A stretch of 62,441 bases of DNA from Eubacteriales bacterium (GTDB lineage Bacteria; Bacillota; Clostridia; Oscillospirales; CAG-272). Positions within the stretch are counted from its first letter, which is position 1, and each line of letters starts with the position of its first letter. Under the pieces are notes generated by a model. That model was not told the DNA's origin. It did no database searches and saw nothing but the letters and a program-made list of their open reading frames with translations. A program made the position numbers and the translations under genes. The stretch is from contig JAZSRX010000006.1 of assembly GCA_045538685.1 (NCBI GenBank), forward strand, positions 1-62,441, in the 5' to 3' direction. Of this stretch, positions 39,211 through 49,300 are shown in pieces.

Positions 39211-39327
39211 TATGTATCTCCGTAAAATGTATTTTTTACTATAATATCACAGTTTAGTAAAAAAAACAAGTGAAAAATGTTAATTTTCCATTCTTTTGCC
39301 GAGCACAAGAAATTTTAGAAAAAACTA

Positions 39328-39387
39328 TTGACAAAACAATAATAAGTTGATATAATACAATAAACGGTTGAACAACCATTCAACTGT
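39328..39387 (+). promoter_or_regulatory. sigmaA promoter with ArsR/CadC-type operator
   Basis: TTGACA(39328)-17-TATAAT(39351); inverted repeat ACGGTTGAA-N6-TTCAACTGT at 39364-39387. Confidence 0.8.
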
Positions 39388-39409
39388 ATTTTCTTGAAAG
39401 GAAGAAAAA

Positions 39410-39775
39410 ATGAGGACACATTCGACCAATCTCCCCTCCTGCGAGTGTGAGGAGATTCACAGTGAAATTATAGAGAAGAAAAGGGAAGAGATGCCCGACG
39501 AGGCGACTCTCTACGATCTTTCGGATTTTTTCAAGGTGCTTGGTGACTCTACAAGAATAAGCATTCTGTTTGCCATAGACGGCGAACCTATGTGCGTGTG
39601 CGATATAGCAAATCTGCTTGGTATGACAAAATCCGCAGTATCGCATCAGCTGAAGATCCTTCGTCAGAATGACCTTGTCACTTATCGAAAATCGGGAAAG
39701 AATGTCTTTTATACTCTTGCAGACGATCACGTTCGCGATATTATCGAAAAGGCATTTGAACATATCAAAGAATAA
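39410..39775 (+). CDS. ArsR/SmtB (CadC-like) metalloregulator
   Basis: FKVLGDSTRI, MCVCDIA, SAVSHQL and DDHV motifs. Confidence 0.93.
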   Translation: MRTHSTNLPSCECEEIHSEIIEKKREEMPDEATLYDLSDFFKVLGDSTRISILFAIDGEPMCVCDIANLLGMTKSAVSHQLKILRQNDLVTYRKSGKNVFYTLADDHVRDIIEKAFEHIKE

Positions 39776-39813
39776 TTGCTAAATGATACTTAGCATCAAA
39801 AAGGAGAAATATT

Positions 39814-40029
39814 ATGAAAATTAAGTACATCATTAGAGGTCTTGACTGTCCCAACTGTGCTGCAAAGTTAGCATCGCAGATGAGCAATATTGAGGGCATA
39901 GAGAGTGCAAAAATCAACTTTCTTACCGAGAAGCTGACCGTTGAAACCTCGCTTGATGAGGATAGTACATACAAGGCACTTTCCGCCTCTGCAAAGGCAT
40001 TTTCAAGGGATATTAAAATAGAGAAATGA
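39814..40029 (+). CDS. Heavy-metal-associated (HMA) domain protein
   Basis: GLDCPNCA motif. Confidence 0.9.
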   Translation: MKIKYIIRGLDCPNCAAKLASQMSNIEGIESAKINFLTEKLTVETSLDEDSTYKALSASAKAFSRDIKIEK

Positions 40030-41888
40030 GAAATGCTTTAAAGCTTTTTAAAACTGATGTTGCAAAGATAATAATCGCCTTCGTTTTCTTTATTTCTGCG
40101 GTTATTTTCGAGCAGAATAACCTGACTTATATTGCACTGGCACTTTATCTGATAGCTCTCGCCGTATCGGGAGCAGAGGTTTTTATTGGTGCGGTAAAAG
40201 GAATTTTGCGTGGTGATTTCCTTGACGAAAAGTTCCTTATGAGCATTGCATCCATCGGTGCTATGATAGTCAGCGAGTGGAGTGAGGGTGTTGCGGTAAT
40301 GCTCTTCTTCCTGATAGGTGAAACTTTTGAACATTATGCGGTTCGAAAGTCTCGCTCGTCAATTCGCTCGCTTATGGATATTTGTCCAGATGAGGCAGCG
40401 GTGCTGACCGACGGAGAAGAGGAAATAATGGATGCCGAGGATGTTGAAGTCGGCAGCATTATTGTTATTCGTCCGGGTGAACGTGTGCCGATTGATTCGG
40501 TTGTTACCTTTGGCTCGGCTGATGTTGATACATCAAGTATGACGGGCGAGTCTATTCCCCTTTCGGTGCATCCGGGAAGCGAGCTTTCCAGCGGATTTAT
40601 TGTAAAAAACGGACTTCTTCACGCAAGAACCACGCGTATGGCAGATGATTCCGCGGCTGCAAGGATTCTTTCTCTTGTAGAGAATGCAAACGAAAACAAG
40701 TCAAAAGAGGAAAGCTTTATTACAAAGTTTTCTCGTTTTTATACCCCTGCAGTAGTGCTTATTGCCGTACTTGTGGCAATTTTGCCTCCGCTATTAAATG
40801 TTCAGGGATTTGGATTTGATAAATCCATACATACCGCCCTGACATTCCTGGTTATTTCTTGCCCCTGTGCTCTTGTAATTTCGGTTCCAATGGCATTTTT
40901 CGGTGGAATAGGCGGTGCCGCATCAAAGGGAATTCTTTTTAAAGGCGGCAACGTTTTTTCCAAGGTTGCAAAGGCGGAAATAATTGCTTTTGATAAAACA
41001 GGAACTATCACCAACGGTAAATTCACGGTTAGCGAAGTTATCGGCTTTGATATGTCAAAAGAGCAATTGCTCTCATTGGCTGCATCTACCGAATATGCCT
41101 CAAATCACCCGATTGCCGAATGTATAAAAGCTTCTTCAGATAAAATAATCACACCGATTTCGGTAAGAGAGCAGGCGGGTTACGGATTAGTAGCAGAGTT
41201 TGACGATAATCGGATTTGTGCGGTTGGTAATATCAAGCTTATGCAAAAGCTGTCGGTAGATATCAGCAGAGGTAAACACGTACCCGATAATGCGGTTTAC
41301 GTAGCTTACGACGGTAAACTTGCTGGTATAATAATTCTTTCGGACAGCATTAAGCCCGAGGCAAAGCAGGCAATAAAATCTCTCCGTAAGCTGGGTGTAA
41401 AACGCACCTATATTCTTTCGGGAGATAGGGAAGAGAATGTAAAAAGGGTGGCAGAGTCGGTTGGTATTGATGAGGCACATTTTGCACTTTCTCCCGAGGA
41501 GAAATATTTAAAGCTTGAGAGTATTATTTCGGGATCTAAAAGTACAGTTTATGTAGGTGACGGAATAAACGATTCGCCCTCACTCGCACGTGCTGACGTG
41601 GGTGTTGCAATGGGCAGTATGGGACAGGACAGTGCTATAGAGGCAGCCGATATGGTTGTTATGACCGACAATCTTTCAAAGCTTCCCGAAGCAATGCTGA
41701 TTGCACGAAAAACAATAAATATTTCCTGGCAGAACATATTTTTCGCTCTTGGAGTGAAGGGAATAATACTTGTTCTTGGTTTGATTGGTTTTGCAAATAT
41801 GTGGCTTGCGGTCTTCGCTGATGTAGGTGTGGCAGTTCTTGCTATACTTAATTCAATGCGAGCACTTAAAGCACCAAAACTGAAATAA
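40026..41888 (+). CDS. cadA: Heavy-metal P1B-type ATPase (Zn/Cd)
   Basis: TGES, SCPCAL, FDKTGT, NHP, GDGINDSP and FADVGV motifs. Confidence 0.93.
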   Translation: MRNALKLFKTDVAKIIIAFVFFISAVIFEQNNLTYIALALYLIALAVSGAEVFIGAVKGILRGDFLDEKFLMSIASIGAMIVSEWSEGVAVMLFFLIGETFEHYAVRKSRSSIRSLMDICPDEAAVLTDGEEEIMDAEDVEVGSIIVIRPGERVPIDSVVTFGSADVDTSSMTGESIPLSVHPGSELSSGFIVKNGLLHARTTRMADDSAAARILSLVENANENKSKEESFITKFSRFYTPAVVLIAVLVAILPPLLNVQGFGFDKSIHTALTFLVISCPCALVISVPMAFFGGIGGAASKGILFKGGNVFSKVAKAEIIAFDKTGTITNGKFTVSEVIGFDMSKEQLLSLAASTEYASNHPIAECIKASSDKIITPISVREQAGYGLVAEFDDNRICAVGNIKLMQKLSVDISRGKHVPDNAVYVAYDGKLAGIIILSDSIKPEAKQAIKSLRKLGVKRTYILSGDREENVKRVAESVGIDEAHFALSPEEKYLKLESIISGSKSTVYVGDGINDSPSLARADVGVAMGSMGQDSAIEAADMVVMTDNLSKLPEAMLIARKTINISWQNIFFALGVKGIILVLGLIGFANMWLAVFADVGVAVLAILNSMRALKAPKLK

Positions 41889-41926
41889 AAAAAGAAGAGA
41901 GGTACCGATTCACAGTGCCTCTCTTA

Positions 41927-41962
41927 TTGTATAATGAAAACCACGCGATAGTCGCGTGGTTC
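41927..41962 (+). mobile_element. Solo IS200-type end hairpin
   Basis: TTGTATAATGAAAACCACGCGATAGTCGCGTGGTTC matches 62057-62092 at the IS200 end; no transposase follows. Confidence 0.7.
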
Positions 41963-41982
41963 GATTCATATATAATTTTGAA

Positions 41983-42441
41983 TTAAAATCTGTTTTTCAT
42001 GGCCTTTTCAATGGTTCTGTCGGCATCTCTTTTTGCGGCGGTATCACGCTTGTCATAAAGCTTTTTACCCTTACAAAGTCCAACAGCCATTTTAACACGT
42101 GAGCCCTTGAAATAAAGTGACAGGGGAACAAGCGTGTAACCTTCGCGACTGACAAGACCTGCAAGCTTCATAATTTCTTTTTTGTGCATAAGAAGCTTTT
42201 TAGGGCGAAGCGGATCTTTATTAAAAATGTTGCCCTGTTCGTATGGGCTGATATGCATACCGAGGGCGAAAAGCTCACCGCCGTCAATGTCGCAATAGGA
42301 ATCTTTAAGATTTACATTTCCTGCACGAAGAGATTTAACTTCGGTGCCAAACAGCTCTATTCCTGCCTCGTAGCTTTCAATTATAAAATAATCGTGTCTT
42401 GCCTTTCTGTTGTCGGCAATAATTTTTCCTTCTATTTTCAT
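41983..42441 (-). CDS. smpB: SsrA-binding protein
   Basis: NRKARHDY, EAGIELFGTEVKSLR and GKKLYDKR motifs. Confidence 0.98.
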   Translation of the reverse strand: MKIEGKIIADNRKARHDYFIIESYEAGIELFGTEVKSLRAGNVNLKDSYCDIDGGELFALGMHISPYEQGNIFNKDPLRPKKLLMHKKEIMKLAGLVSREGYTLVPLSLYFKGSRVKMAVGLCKGKKLYDKRDTAAKRDADRTIEKAMKNRF

Positions 42442-42511
42442 ATAAAAACTCGCTTATTGATTTCACCTGAATAAATTTTCACTTATATAGTAACACATTT
42501 TTTTTGCGAAA

Positions 42512-43111
42512 TCAACCGTTTTTTGCAAATGCACGTGAAAGATCCTCTAAAATTTTAAATTTAACCTGATATTTTCCCGATTTGATAAGCGAAATTTCCT
42601 CTTTTGTATAGTCAATAAAACCGTCATCGTGGGGAGCTGCTTCGGTAGCCATTTCAAGACAAAGGGGAGGATACATAACGCACCACCAATTTTGTCCGTT
42701 GCCATTGCCGATAATAATTCTCAGCGAGGTGTAATATCCGGCGGGAAGGGTAAAATCCTCATATTCTCTTGTATCATACCATTCTTCACCTATAATCGCA
42801 TCTACTTTGTAGTTGTAGCCAAGCTCGGCAATCCACTTTTCCGTATCGGATTTTATCTCGGGAAGTAAACCGTTAATTTTACCTTTTGCCTCGCTGACAG
42901 ATTCTCCCTGACTAAGTAAGCTTCCGTATTTTAAAAGTATTCTATCTCTGATTTTAATCTTGAGCTCCTGATCATTCTTAGAGTCGGAATTTGCAAGGAT
43001 ATGTAATCTTATTGTATCCTCATATATCCTGCCTTCTGCCTCGGTTGGTATGGCGGCAATAAGCATTGTTGCGATCAGCACTGTAAATGCGTATTTTATC
43101 AAACTTTTCAT
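42512..43111 (-). CDS. spoIIR: Stage II sporulation protein R
   Basis: IRLHILANSDS, LPAGYY.SLRIIIG.G.GQNWWCVMYPPLC. Confidence 0.94.
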   Translation of the reverse strand: MKSLIKYAFTVLIATMLIAAIPTEAEGRIYEDTIRLHILANSDSKNDQELKIKIRDRILLKYGSLLSQGESVSEAKGKINGLLPEIKSDTEKWIAELGYNYKVDAIIGEEWYDTREYEDFTLPAGYYTSLRIIIGNGNGQNWWCVMYPPLCLEMATEAAPHDDGFIDYTKEEISLIKSGKYQVKFKILEDLSRAFAKNG

Positions 43112-43201
43112 TTTTATTCTCCTTTCGTAAGTAAAGGAATTATTGACAGCAAAAATATTTTTATTCAGCAAAAAAGACGGAGAAAATCTCCGTCTTTTTC
43201 A

Positions 43202-44209
43202 TTAGTCAAGCTCGCTCTTTAAATCTCGGTTCATCAGGGAATGCATCGCTTCCTTCGGTGACATACCTTTTTTTATTATTTTATAAACCGCCTCGGTGAT
43301 AGGCAGGGAAACATTGTATTTTGTTGACATTTCCATTGCCGCTTCAAGTGCGTGATAACCTTCTACCACCATTCCGATTTCCTTTGATGCCTCCTCGTAG
43401 GTCATACCCATTCCGATAAACTCTCCGCAACGGTTGTTTCGGCTGTGACGTGAAGTGCAGGTAACAATCAGATCGCCTATTCCGGCAAGTCCCATAAATG
43501 TACGTCTTTTACATCCGAGAGCAATGCCGAGACGTGCCATTTCAGCAATTCCTCTTGTCATCAGCATTGCCTTTGTGTTGTCGCCAAGCTTCATACCTGT
43601 AAGTATACCTGACGCAAGAGCAATGATGTTTTTCATTGCACCGCAAATTTCAACACCCTTAACATCTGTATTTGTGTATACTCTCATACAGGAGTTGGAA
43701 AAGATTTCGGCGATTTTTGAGGATATTATTTCATCCTCGCAGGCAGAAACGATAGAGGTAGGAATTCCCCTGGCAACCTCCTCTGCGTGAGTAGGGCCGG
43801 ACAGGGCAGCGACACAGTAGCTAAGCTCGGGTCGCTCTGTTTTAATGACGTCCTCTATTATTTCAGTCATTGTCATCAGTGTTCCGCCCTCAATACCCTT
43901 CGCACAGGTAATAAGTGTTGCTCCGTCATTGAGATGAGGAATAAGCTTTCTTGCCGTTTCCCTTACAAATGATGAGGGAACAACGAAAAGAATTATCTCG
44001 GAGTCACATGCTATGTCTTCAATGCGTTTTGTGTATTTTATTGATTTCGGCAGGATAACATCGGGCAGATTACATTGAATGCCGTTTTTGCTAAGCTCAT
44101 CAATCTCGTCGGGAATTGCAGACCATACACTGACACTGTGGTTATTTCCAACCAACAGAGATGCAAGAGCCATACCCCAGGTGCCTGCACCAAGAATACC
44201 AATGTTCAT
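43202..44209 (-). CDS. gpsA: NAD(P)H-dependent glycerol-3-phosphate dehydrogenase
   Basis: GAGTWG, LSGPTHAEEV, GAMKN and GLAGIGDLIVTCTSRHSRN motifs. Confidence 0.96.
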   Translation of the reverse strand: MNIGILGAGTWGMALASLLVGNNHSVSVWSAIPDEIDELSKNGIQCNLPDVILPKSIKYTKRIEDIACDSEIILFVVPSSFVRETARKLIPHLNDGATLITCAKGIEGGTLMTMTEIIEDVIKTERPELSYCVAALSGPTHAEEVARGIPTSIVSACEDEIISSKIAEIFSNSCMRVYTNTDVKGVEICGAMKNIIALASGILTGMKLGDNTKAMLMTRGIAEMARLGIALGCKRRTFMGLAGIGDLIVTCTSRHSRNNRCGEFIGMGMTYEEASKEIGMVVEGYHALEAAMEMSTKYNVSLPITEAVYKIIKKGMSPKEAMHSLMNRDLKSELD

Positions 44210-44281
44210 ATTTGATTGTCCTTTGAAAAAGTATTTGCACTGTTATTATAGCACAAATTGCTTGGATTTTCAATAAAAAAC

Positions 44282-44563
44282 TTAAATTCTCACCTCGTCT
44301 TCAACCACATAACTAAGATCGATGGGAGTGACAAGATTTCTCACCAGCATTTCAAAGAACTCTACAGCACGAAATTTATCTGTAAAAACATCTGTTGCTT
44401 CTTTTTGGCTGAAATGCCCCCGGCTGTCCTCGATTGAAACTCTTACCGAATAAAGAGGAAGTCTCCAATCGGCAGTACGTCTGCCTTCTCTCAGAATAAG
44501 TTCATATGTATAACGGTAAAATTCGTCCTGTCTTTCTTCTTTAATAACTATCTTTTCTTTCAT
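44282..44563 (-). CDS. Small hypothetical protein (DUF6514-like)
   Basis: C-terminal LVRNLVTPIDLSYVVED pattern; GGGGG RBS. Confidence 0.6.
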   Translation of the reverse strand: MKEKIVIKEERQDEFYRYTYELILREGRRTADWRLPLYSVRVSIEDSRGHFSQKEATDVFTDKFRAVEFFEMLVRNLVTPIDLSYVVEDEVRI

Positions 44564-44839
44564 ATTATTACCCCCGCAATTTTACTTATATTGTAGCATC
44601 TTTTTCTATCGAATGTCGTTGAGAAATACGGGGTAAAATAACATAAAATTATGTCGTTGTTTGAACATATTGCAAAAATTGCTCTTTTTGCATAAATAAA
44701 GGGGCGAATGCTCACCCCTTAACTAATTAAAGAAAAATAAATGCCGTTTTTTCTTTCATTTTGCAGATAAAAATATCGAAATAAATAGTAAAAAAAGTTT
44801 ATTTTTGCTATTTTGACATAACAAAAGCAAGAAATGCAA

Positions 44840-45550
44840 TTATTTGATGTCACAAAGCTCGATCTGTGCTTCGGAATTAACCTTTCCGTCGCTTCTGATA
44901 GTACGGAAATAAAAAATTCCGCCATCTTCTCCGCGTTGCACACGAAGCTTATCTCCGATTTGTGCCTCGGAAGAGTAGTTTATTGTTATACTGCGAATCA
45001 TCTTGTTTTCAAGAGGCAGGAAATTGGAGTACATATCGGGATATTTTGTGTTATTCATATGCCTGTTCTGATCTACGTCGCCGTAATGCACACCGTAACC
45101 GCCGATATCCAGCATAGCGGAGGGGAGATTCATAGGGCTAAGGATAAGTCCGTTCTGAGGAAGTGTTTCTAAACCCAGCTCAAAATCACGCACCTTAATC
45201 AAAGCTCTGCTTTCGGTGTCTATAAGTGCCCATACGGAAATTGCACGTGCCACAAGCTCTCCTTCGCATTCAAGGGCATAACAACGCAAAAAGCTGTATC
45301 CACGGCTCTCGCAAGGGTAGGTTATTGCTGTAATCGGTGTATGAGCTTTAAGCGGCTTCAGTACTTCAAGCTTTACTCTTGATAAAATAAATGCACGGTT
45401 TTGGCTTTTCAGATTATCGTAAGACATTCCGCTTTCGGTAAGCTGACACTGTGCCGCCGTCTGTATATATTTCATTATTGAAGAGGTTTTTGCAATTCCG
45501 TTGTAATCAACGTCGTGCACGTCAACCACGTTTTTCATTCTGTATTCCAT
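44840..45550 (-). CDS. Acyl-ACP thioesterase
   Basis: Double hot-dog pattern; DVDQNRHMNNTKY. Confidence 0.9.
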   Translation of the reverse strand: MEYRMKNVVDVHDVDYNGIAKTSSIMKYIQTAAQCQLTESGMSYDNLKSQNRAFILSRVKLEVLKPLKAHTPITAITYPCESRGYSFLRCYALECEGELVARAISVWALIDTESRALIKVRDFELGLETLPQNGLILSPMNLPSAMLDIGGYGVHYGDVDQNRHMNNTKYPDMYSNFLPLENKMIRSITINYSSEAQIGDKLRVQRGEDGGIFYFRTIRSDGKVNSEAQIELCDIK

Positions 45551-45708
45551 AGGTTTTTCCTCCTGATGTTCATAATTTTACACCAATTTTGTAAAAAAGT
45601 CAAATTTTTACTGTGAAAAGTTTGTAAATAATTGATTTTCATATAGACAAAGAGGTTATTTTTTGATAAAATTATGTTAATGATATTATTAAAAAGGTGG
45701 ATATAAAA

Positions 45709-46020
45709 ATGAAAGTTATTACTAAAGAAAATTTTAATAGCGAAATAGAAGAGTTCTCCGGTCTTGCGGTTATAGATCTTTATGCAGATTGGTGCGGCCC
45801 TTGCCGTATGCTTGCTCCTATACTTGCCGAGCTTGAGGATGAGTATCCCGAAGTAAAGTTCTGCAAAATCAACGTTGACGAACAGCCCGAGCTTGCAAAA
45901 GAGTTCAATGTTAAAAACATTCCTATGGTTGCCTTTGTAAAGAATAATGTTTTTGCCGATGTTTCCGTTGGTTATGTTCCCAAGGACGTGCTCAAAAAGC
46001 TTGTGGAGGCAAATAAATGA
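45709..46020 (+). CDS. Thioredoxin
   Basis: WCGPC active site and cis-Pro IP motif. Confidence 0.95.
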   Translation: MKVITKENFNSEIEEFSGLAVIDLYADWCGPCRMLAPILAELEDEYPEVKFCKINVDEQPELAKEFNVKNIPMVAFVKNNVFADVSVGYVPKDVLKKLVEANK

Positions 46021-46214
46021 AAATAAGATATAACGAGGACAAGGAGATCGTTGCCGCTGTTAAAGAAGGGCTGAAACGGTCAGGCGGATACTGTCCCTGC
46101 AGATTTGAACGTACAGAAGAAAACAAATGTATGTGCAAGGAATTCCGCGAACAGATAGCCGACGAAAATTATGAGGGCTACTGTCATTGTTACCTTTATT
46201 ACAAGGAAAAATAA
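46017..46214 (+). CDS. Ferredoxin:thioredoxin reductase catalytic-subunit-like protein
   Basis: YCPC...CMC...CHC.LY pattern; overlaps the thioredoxin stop. Confidence 0.85.
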   Translation: MKIRYNEDKEIVAAVKEGLKRSGGYCPCRFERTEENKCMCKEFREQIADENYEGYCHCYLYYKEK

Positions 46215-46254
46215 ACTTTAATAACACTTATTTTGTAGCTTTTTCTCACATATT

Positions 46255-46282
46255 GCCGCCATTGATAAATGGCGGCTTTTTT
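46255..46282 (+). terminator. Intrinsic terminator
   Basis: GCCGCCATT / AATGGCGGC followed by TTTTTT. Confidence 0.8.
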
Positions 46283-46390
46283 ATGTCGCATATTACCGAT
46301 ATCTTAACACCCGATTGGCTTGAAGAATATTGCTCCAAATGGTATAATACCACTAACCTATTGGAAAATTATGGTAATTTGGAGGAGAAA

Positions 46391-49300
46391 ATGAGAAAAA
46401 CAATTATAGTCACAGTCCTTTTCGTATTGCTTATTTTCGCAATGACGGGAGTGGTAAATGCCGAGGAAAATGTTGCCTCGTCTCAGACGGTAAGCTCGCT
46501 TAGTGTATATACCTACCCAAGCAAAACGGTTTACGGAGCTTTTGAGAGGTTTGATACCTCGGGGCTATCTCTTCGTGCTGTTTTTTCGGACGGAAGCGAA
46601 AAAATACTAAGCGGACAGGATATTCGGGTTTCTTACAGCAAGGATAATTGCTTTCGCGTAGGAGATGATTCGGTTATGCTTTCGTATGGCGGAAAGGAAA
46701 TTTCCATTCCCATTACCGTTAACCGTATTGCATATGATATTTCATCTCTTGATCTTAGTGAATTTTCAACCGTATTTAACGGTGTATATCAGAGCTATAA
46801 CCGTTCTGTTATACAGATTGTCGGTCTTGACGGAATAGCTCTTACGATAAAAATATCCGGCGGTGGAATAAATGTGGGAGTATACGATATTAATATTGAT
46901 TTTTCCACAGAAAGCTCCGACTACTTAACCCCCGAGAGCAGAGTCATTTCTATGACGATAGAGCCCGCAACAAGTGAGATTATATGGGAAACTTTGTCTT
47001 TCGTCTATGATGGAAAAAGCAAAACTCCCACAGCATATTATATTGATGTAAACGGAGCAAGAGTTTACCCGACGGTTAACGGCGGAGCAACTAATGCAGG
47101 CAGCGGTTATTTAGCCAGAGTAACGGTAAGTGATCCTAACTATAAGTTTTCAAACACCTCGGTAAATTATGAGATAAAGAAAGCCGATTACGATTTTTCC
47201 GGGGTAAGCTGGAGCAAGGACAGCTTTACTTATGACGGCAGCACAAAAAGCATCAGTGCCACAGGACTTCCACCCGGGGTGAGTATTATTGGATACAGCG
47301 GAGATCGGGGAAGCGAATCGGGAATATATACCGCCACAGCAATTTTGATGTGGGATGAGAATAATTACAACTCGCCCCCTCCTCTTACTCATACCTGGGA
47401 AATTAAAAAGGCGGAATACGATATATCGGGAGTTAGCTTCCGCAGCGAAAGCTTTATTTTTGATGGTATGATGCATTATCCCACCTTGGTTGGTTCAATG
47501 CCTGTGGGTGCAGACGGAATAGCTCTTGAATACAGCTTTTCAGCAGGTGCCTGCCACGTAGCAGACGGTACGGTTTCTGTTGTTATAAACTTCCATACCG
47601 CAAGTACAAATTATAATCTTCCCGAACCTCTTTATTCAAGTGTAAGCATTACTCCATGTGGAATAAATATTATCTGGGGAGAAACAAAGCTTTCTTATAA
47701 CGGAGAAGAGCAGACTCCTTTGGCATATGCTGAGGAGTGTCTTATTACGGTAAGGGGTTCGGCAATTAATACAGGGAAATACGTTGCCACCGCGACTACA
47801 GAAAATACCGATTATTATATTAAAAATGACAAAATAGAATTTAGCATAATCAAAGCACAGAACTACTGGACTGTTTTGCCTGCCGATTCTGTGTGCTATG
47901 AAGGAAAGGAAATAAATATTACAGGCGAGTCAAAATTCGGAGATGTTGTTATCAGATTTTTCGCTGATAAAGATTGTAACGAGGAAATTTCTCTTCCTAC
48001 TGCATGCGGAAAATATTACGCAATTCTTTCTGTATCCGAAAGCGAGAATTTTGGCGGCTTGATTTCTGATGTCATATCCTTCGAAATTGTGGAGATTGTA
48101 GCAGTATCTTTTCTGGGCGGAATAATAAAGGACAATATAAAGGCATTTGAAAAGCTGGGGAGTGGAGATTTTCTCTGTTCGGTATTAAATAACGACGGAA
48201 GTGTCAGTGTTGTGGATTCTTCGCTTGTAAGTGTTATTTATCAAGAGGGAGATTCATTCAGGAAAAACGACAAATGGGTAAAGCTTCAATACGGAAGCTT
48301 TGTTTTAACTCTGTCTGTAAATGTCGGATATGCGGATTATGATATGTCGGGAGTGGTCTGGCTGAACACTACACAGATATACAATGGCTCAGCTCTTATG
48401 CCACAGCTTAGCGGTTTGCCAAGCGGAGTTAGTGTTAGCGAATATATAGGAACAAATAATATAAATGCGGGCTCTTATACCGTAAGTGCAAAGCTTAATT
48501 ATGACAGAGAGAATTACAACGAGCCAAAGCTTTCTTCCTGTATTTTCACAATAGAGAAATGTCCTGTTAATATTCCAATCTTTACCACAGTATATAATGG
48601 AAAAGGGCAGCATCCCGTTTCGGATTCTCTTTTATATACGGTTGTTTCGGGAGATGAATATATTAATTCCGGAACATATACGGTTTCTGTAAGAATAAAT
48701 GATACGGCAAACTATTGTTTTGCGGAAAACTCAGGCGATAATGCAAATGCAATTTTCCAAATAAACCCTGCCACCGTTTATGTTACTGTAAAGGACACAA
48801 AGCTCAAGCTTTTTGAAAAACTCTCCGATGTGGAATATATCATAACATCGGGAACGGTATATGAAAATGATATATTGACAGTATCGTCAATACGAGAGGG
48901 AAAGAATGTTACTGTTCGCTCTGAAAACCCAAATTACAGTATTATTGCCACCCCGGGTAAAATAATACGTTTGGCCTATCCCACAGCAGGCGGTGCTGTT
49001 ATTATGGCACTGATATTGTTGGGTGTAGTATTGATTGTATTAATCGCCGGGGCGGTTTACCGTAACAGACAGCATATTGTCAGCAGGGCAGCGATGGCGA
49101 AATGTAAATGGCATAACAGAGAGTATAAAGCTCCTCCGCCAAGAGAGGATTTGACATCGATATTAAGATACGATCCGCCTGTCAATAAAAATGATGATGC
49201 TTTTGTCGAGGATGAGGAAAGCGATTTTGAAGAAACAAAAGAGACGGAAGAGCCATTGCCTACCGATCCCGAAATTGATGAGGAAACAGGAACAATTGGT

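Noticed and set aside
44719-44943. 74-aa minus-strand ORF
   Set aside because: Overlaps the thioesterase 3' end in another frame, runs into AT-rich intergenic DNA and has no RBS.
46187-46390. 68-aa N-terminal extension of the large membrane protein
   Set aside because: Crosses a terminator and promoter; the RBS and signal peptide begin at 46391.
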